Under the pieces are notes generated by a model. It made no database searches. It was not told where the DNA came from and saw only the letters and a program-made list of their open reading frames with translations. The translations under genes were made by a program, and so were the position numbers. A DNA stretch of 64,000 nucleotides, taken from NCBI RefSeq assembly GCF_006345805.1, contig NC_043003.1, positions 20,894,001 to 20,958,000 on the forward strand, in the 5' to 3' direction. This document shows positions 60,895-64,000 of this stretch, one piece after another; the first letter of the stretch is position 1; the number at the start of each line of letters is the position of its first letter. This stretch comes from Octopus sinensis (Eukaryota).

Positions 60895-63697
60895 TTCTTT
60901 TTTCTTTCCATTTCCAGAGAATATCGTCAAATATATAGTTTGGTTGCTGAAAAAGAAGTAAGTCAGTTTAAAATATTCTTCTGTTTAAAGTAAGATGAGA
61001 ATTGTAGTTTGCTTGAAGTAAAATAAAAATAATGAAGATGAAGTAAAATAACAAATAATGAAGATGAAGAGCTTCTTATGATGCAAAAAGGAAAAAATAA
61101 GTAATCGTTATATATTTCAAGTACAAAGGCCTATCACCAAAAGTGAACAGAATCGTAATTGAAATCAAATTCGATGACTGGCATCTGTACTAATGGAGCA
61201 CTAAGAGTACCATACGAGTGAGATCGTGGCCAGAGCAAGCTGGCCTCCATGCCGATGGCACGTTAAAAACACCATTTGAGCGTGATCGTTATCGGCATCG
61301 CCTTACTAGCACTTGTGCTGGTGGCATGTGAAAAAACATTTGAGCGAGGTCATTGCCAGTGCCACTGGACTGGCTCCTGTGCAGGTGGCACATAAAAAGC
61401 ACCATTTGAGCATGGCCGTTGCCAGTACTGCCTGACTGGCCCTTGTGCCGGTGGCATGTAAAAGCACCCACTACACTCTTGGAGTGGTTGGCATTAGGAA
61501 GGACATCCAGCTGCAGAAACTCTGCCAGATCAGATTGGAGCCTAGTGCAGCCATCTGGTTCACCAGTCCTCAGTCAAATCATCCAACCCATGCTAGCATG
61601 GAAAGCGGACGTTAAATGATGATGATGATTGACCAGATCTGCATAAACTTAGATTTCTTTAATCCATTCGTGCCTGATGATGGGCATTTTTACCTGAAAT
61701 ATATAGAAGTTACTTAACTTTTTTTGCAACATAAGCTCTCCCTCTTCATTAAATTCAACCCTCAGAACCCCTGCAGCCACTATTCCGGCCACCAGCTGCA
61801 GATACAAATAACCCAGCAGCCACTTTACCGGCCAGTATTTTCTGATTTGGAAAACCAGACAATAACTGCTGGTTTTACTGGCACCACAAGCACCAGTATT
61901 GGCAAAAAAAAAAAAAAACTAGTGGTAACGACAATGTTGCCCTCTATTTGTCATTTCATTTCAATATGAGAGACAGAAAACACATTTTAGTCACAGTAAA
62001 ATAATATTAGGTTGGAAATCATTTGCATTGCCTCTTTTATCCAGGGAACTTGGGGTGAGGTTGCAAAGGACAACAGGTATATGGGATTCAAAGGATTAAA
62101 GTAGTTTGTATGAAATTGTCTTTGAACGGTATGGTCAATATTGGTGACCATAGTTATGTCAGTGATATTACATAGTACTGGTTTCAAATTTTGGCACAGA
62201 GCCAGAAATTTAGTGGGGAGGGTGCTAAGTCATTTACAGAAATTTAGTGGGGAGTGAGGGGAGGGTGCTAGGTTATTTACATCGACCTCAGGGATCAACT
62301 GGTTCTTATTTTATCAACCACAAAAGGATGAAAAGTAAAGTTGACTCCAGCAGCATTTGAACCCAGAACAAAAAGATGAACAATATACCACTACAACTGA
62401 TGGATAACTTGAGCTCATGCATACACTTTCTTTTGTTTTATTGGGGGTTTTTTTTTCATATAATACATTAATGTCCTTGGATTCTGATATGTATCTATTA
62501 CACTATGTATTACTCACACTCTTATATTGAATTTAAACCAGGTGTTAGGTTCAGTCAAAAAGATTTGAAACTTTTTCAGGAGAGGCATTTATTAATTTTA
62601 AAAAAAGTATAAAACTCTAATCTCCTTTAAAATAAGATCTTCTGACTTCAATGTACTTGTTGTAGCACTCTGGCCATTTCGTAAAGGCTCCATGGAAGAC
62701 CTTCAAAGTTAAGGTGTCTTGGAACCTTGTTACAGTTTCAATCTTCTCAATGTTTTCAAAACAGCTACCTGCCAGATTCTCTATCAGCTTGGGGAATAAC
62801 TAAAAGTCACAAGGAGCAATATTTGGACTGCAGGGTTGGTTAGGGACAGTTTTGAAGTCCACCTCTGTCAAGTAGTTGCTTACCAGGATAGAATTGTGAC
62901 AAGCAGTGTTTAGTGGGTTGTGACAAGCAGCATTTAGTAGGCTGTGACAAGCAACGTTTGATAGGCTGTGACAAGCAGTGCTTGGTAGGCTGTAACAAGC
63001 AGCATCTGGTAGGCTGTGGCAAACAGCATTTGATAGGCTGTGACAAACAGCATCTAGTAAAGTGTATTCAATATGCTGTTTCAGCCAGCTCCTCTAATTG
63101 GATTGTCAAATTAATTGCTGTTTAGTAATGAGGTACTAAAATTACAATAATCTAGAACAGTTATAACTGTATCTCCTACAAAATACTTCTGCAATGCATC
63201 TAGTATATTGATAAATTGCACATGAATAAGAGTATTTCACTACATAGTCATCTTTCGAAAGATTAAGACTTGAGACTCTTGCTACCAGTTCATATAAATG
63301 CTTGAATTTGTTTGAAAAACATTCCATATTTTTGATATATTAGTAAATTGTAAGCATTTCATGAATATGAACATCTCTAATATGAACATGTTATACATTT
63401 GTAGATTGCCACGATTTGGTCTGTATCTAGTATGAGGGATTTCTCTGTTACTCTTCAAGTGATTATTCAGCTATATTTGCACCATTTAAGTAAAGTACTC
63501 ACTTGGAGTAAACAGATTTGTTGTCACACACTTAGAATCATTACTTATTACTGGTGATCCTGAATTAGATTTATGATTTATGTTTCAGAAATACGATAAA
63601 GAATTTGCTGATGCTATGCAAAAAGATAAATTGGATGCTCTCATCTGCCCTGTCATGTCTTCAACATCACTACTGATAAAGTGTTCAAACTTTGGAA
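38856..63697 (+). CDS. FAAH: Fatty-acid amide hydrolase-like (amidase signature) gene; 15 coding exons in the window (1495 nt), 3' end beyond the window
   Basis: All introns are GT-AG with a continuous frame. N-terminal TM helix; catalytic Lys in GIPISLKEN, GSSGGEAA, and GIGSDIGGSIRCP nucleophile motif; IGPMA. Exon sizes 114, 207, 41, 125, 126, 40 and 109 equal the recalled human FAAH exon sizes. Confidence 0.92.
39743..39856 (+). CDS. FAAH: FAAH-like exon 2 (LTEEMRTRILSLDIAELQKKL...QAYQYK)
   Basis: 114 bp, phase 0/0. Confidence 0.9.
40292..40640 (+). mobile_element. Mariner deletion derivative
   Basis: TIR-like TATTGGGTTGTTCAGAAAGTT; N-terminal MEDKKVHFRHLML is fused to TRQKLLQLGWDVLPHPPYSPDIA. 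Confidence 0.85.
42156..42212 (+). CDS. FAAH: FAAH-like exon 3 (ALEAQEEINCLIAVIPEAE)
   Basis: acaacag| ... GAG|gtaagt. Confidence 0.88.
42351..42397 (-). ncRNA. Degenerate type I minimal hammerhead (G12 to A)
   Basis: GACAC CUGAAGA A GGCU-loop-AGCC AAAAU GUU GUGUU. Confidence 0.65.
42679..42724 (+). ncRNA. Degenerate type I minimal hammerhead (G16.2 to A)
   Basis: GACAC CUGAAGA A GGCUG-loop-CAGCC GAAAC AUU GUGUU. Confidence 0.7.
43200..43700 (-). mobile_element. Penelope-like element 3' end (different family)
   Basis: Hammerhead at 43297-43345, about 100 nt before a (TA)n junction; the upstream boundary is uncertain. Confidence 0.5.
43297..43345 (-). ncRNA. Near-intact type I minimal hammerhead
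   Basis: C GUCU CUGAUGA A GGGAUA-CCCAUAA-UAUCCC A GAAAC UGCU GUA AGAC. Confidence 0.75.
43871..43960 (+). CDS. FAAH: FAAH-like exon 4 (PLHGIPISLKEN, catalytic Lys)
   Basis: tcccag| ... AAG|gttggt. Confidence 0.92.
44627..44701 (+). CDS. FAAH: FAAH-like exon 5 (GLYSTNGLGSKLLNPPSAHDSNLVK)
   Basis: aattag| ... AAG|gtatgt. Confidence 0.9.
46644..47036 (-). mobile_element. Non-autonomous Helitron
   Basis: A|TC 5' end and CTAG|T 3' end with hairpin CCCGAGCAACACCGGG, the same terminus as 10051. Confidence 0.85.
47435..47770 (+). mobile_element. tRNA-derived SINE (family E)
   Basis: TGGCTCAGTGGTAGGAGC...GAGTTCAAATCC head; partial duplicate at 47300-47365. Confidence 0.75.
47853..47914 (+). CDS. 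FAAH: FAAH-like exon 6 (CLKELGAVPFVTTNVPQTLM)
   Basis: tttcag| ... AG|gtgagc. Confidence 0.93.
48620..49743 (-). mobile_element. Decayed Tc1 transposon with IR/DR-type long terminal repeat
   Basis: MAPKGKELSKDLKKIIV; TMKHGVKSVMLWGC...FQHDNDPKH; ~230-bp end with a repeated AA.TATGTACA.CCCT motif. Confidence 0.9.
49853..50059 (+). CDS. FAAH: FAAH-like exon 7 (amidase signature core)
   Basis: 207 bp; GSSGGEAA and GSDIGGSIRCP. Confidence 0.96.
50856..50896 (+). CDS. FAAH: FAAH-like exon 8 (41 bp, TGSLSIAAEKQDL)
   Basis: ttgtag| ... A|gtaaga; the only candidate found that bridges phase 2 to phase 1. Confidence 0.75.
51240..51570 (-). mobile_element. RTE LINE 3' fragment
   Basis: NEEIRDRTGAKDV...KRPLGRPPVRWEDDL..WRR. 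Confidence 0.8.
51919..52043 (+). CDS. FAAH: FAAH-like exon 9 (HPSIGPMAQTADGL...MDPRIAPIEFQNH)
   Basis: 125 bp; ttacag| ... CAT|gtaagg. Confidence 0.92.
53270..53476 (-). mobile_element. Family B tRNA-derived SINE (representative of many copies)
   Basis: The minus strand has a tRNA-like head ending GAGTTCAAATTCC and a body ...GGGGTCGATGTAATTGA; copies at about 9780-9990, 24960-25150, 54620-54830, 55080-55265 and others. Confidence 0.8.
53558..53683 (+). CDS. FAAH: FAAH-like exon 10 (LRIGYYVTDN...RRAVLMAKKALEAKGHT)
   Basis: 126 bp. Confidence 0.93.
53895..54150 (-). mobile_element. R4/Dong-like LINE C-terminal fragment
   Basis: KLSKYKVLEIEIQKMCHLKAKTAPLIMGALCMI resembles K..KY.DL.IE+.RMW..KT.V+PV++GALG. 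Confidence 0.65.
54849..55070. mobile_element. piggyBac-type MITE (same family as 5321-5540)
   Basis: TTAA|CCCTTTT...AAAAGGG|TTAA. Confidence 0.88.
55570..55661 (+). CDS. FAAH: FAAH-like exon 11 (VVEFTPPRILYALCLASRILWLDGRRLSNM)
   Basis: ttacag| ... GT|gtaagt. Confidence 0.88.
55985..56350. repeat. 26-bp (and 20-bp variant) minisatellite inside a family C SINE
   Basis: Unit GGCACCCATGCTGGTGACATGTGCAG; explains the three overlapping Cys/His-rich ORFs. Confidence 0.9.
56639..56726 (+). CDS. FAAH: FAAH-like exon 12 (KHEPPSKELFFLRITENFAKILASLLYFI)
   Basis: ttttcag| ... ATT|gtaagt; phases fit. Confidence 0.8.
56746..56965. mobile_element. Second piggyBac-type MITE family
   Basis: TTAA flanks; right TIR AATGCTAAAGGG, with a degenerate left TIR. 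Confidence 0.65.
57300..58800 (+). mobile_element. Decayed Gypsy pol fragment (RNase H end plus integrase)
   Basis: DRQPLLSLLGSK, IGHADCLPRL, GHLGMPRMKALMSSCVYW..CSGC, PWSRVHINYAGP, PYHLRSNMQVERFVDT. Confidence 0.92.
59017..59258. mobile_element. hAT (Charlie-like) MITE
   Basis: CAGTGTTACTCAAAGTG / TTTGAGAACCATTG; 8-bp TSD CACTAGAG / CATTAGAG. Confidence 0.85.
59451..59494 (+). CDS. FAAH: FAAH-like exon 13 (DNTSYQILCSLDGS)
   Basis: Long polypyrimidine tract, ttgcag| ... AG|gtgagt. Confidence 0.82.
60918..60957 (+). CDS. FAAH: FAAH-like exon 14 (40 bp, EYRQIYSLVAEKE)
   Basis: ttccag| ... GAA|gtaagt. Confidence 0.82.
61150..61630 (+). mobile_element. Family C SINE
   Basis: Family match; (GAT)n tail. 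Confidence 0.8.
62545..62830 (-). mobile_element. Mariner 3' fragment
   Basis: QPCSPNIAPCDF*LFPKL..GSCFENIEKI...GAFTKW..YNKYIEV..YFKGD*. Confidence 0.8.
62895..63062. repeat. 24-bp tandem repeat x7 (TGTGACAAGCAGCATTTAGTAGGC-like)
   Basis: Read directly. Confidence 0.9.
63589..63697 (+). CDS. FAAH: FAAH-like exon 15 (KYDKEFADAMQKDKLDALICPVM...)
   Basis: 109 bp; tttcag| ... A|gtaagc. Confidence 0.9.
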
Positions 63698-63777
63698 GTA
63701 AGCCCATAACACTTTAAATTAACCTAAATTGAACATTTGAAAAGTAAACTTCTAGAAAACTTAATCGCTTTACTCTT

Positions 63778-64000
63778 TTCTCTCTTTTACTTGCTTCAGT
63801 CATTTGATTGCAGCCATGCTGGAGCACCGCCTTTAATCAAGCAACTCGACCCCGGGACTTATTCTTTTGTAAGCCCAGTACTTATTCTATCGGTCTCTTT
63901 TGCCGAACCGCTAAGTAACGGGGACATAAACACACCAGCATCGGTTGTCAAGCAATGTTAGGGGGACAAACAGACACACAAACACACACACACACACACA
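63778..64000 (-). mobile_element. Family A SINE (cut by the window edge)
   Basis: Family match. Confidence 0.85.

Noticed and set aside
61670-61710. Additional hammerhead (CTGATGA...GAAAT)
   Set aside because: Stem II is weak and no stem I pairing was found; at best a very decayed relic.

Overview
AT-rich, repeat-dense animal genomic DNA. The SINE, microsatellite and transposon complement looks like a coleoid cephalopod (Octopus); this is recognition, not a database result. There are two spliced host genes in head-to-head orientation. ECHDC1 (ethylmalonyl-CoA decarboxylase) is on the minus strand with 3 coding exons (21165-15561, about 305 aa). An FAAH-like amidase-signature enzyme is on the plus strand with 15 coding exons found (38856-63697), an intact Lys-Ser-Ser triad, and it runs off the right edge. 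The rest is decayed mobile DNA: piggyBac, Merlin, Tc1/mariner, hAT, Helitron/Helentron, Gypsy, several LINE clades (CR1/L2, RTE, CRE, HERO/R4-like) and several tRNA-derived SINE families. The most striking unexplained signal is a set of four unrelated short repeat families that each carry a minimal type I hammerhead ribozyme fold of the Penelope-associated kind. (1) An apparently intact pair lies in a near-perfect 344-bp inverted repeat at 2359-3264. (2) A G3:C8 core-covariant hammerhead lies just downstream of ECHDC1. (3) A tRNA-headed, hammerhead-tailed element with an inverted arm lies in an FAAH intron. (4) A near-intact antisense copy lies 500 bp further on. All ribozyme calls were folded by eye and need covariance-model and in vitro confirmation. 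Most short ORFs in the supplied track are artefacts of microsatellites and SINEs.
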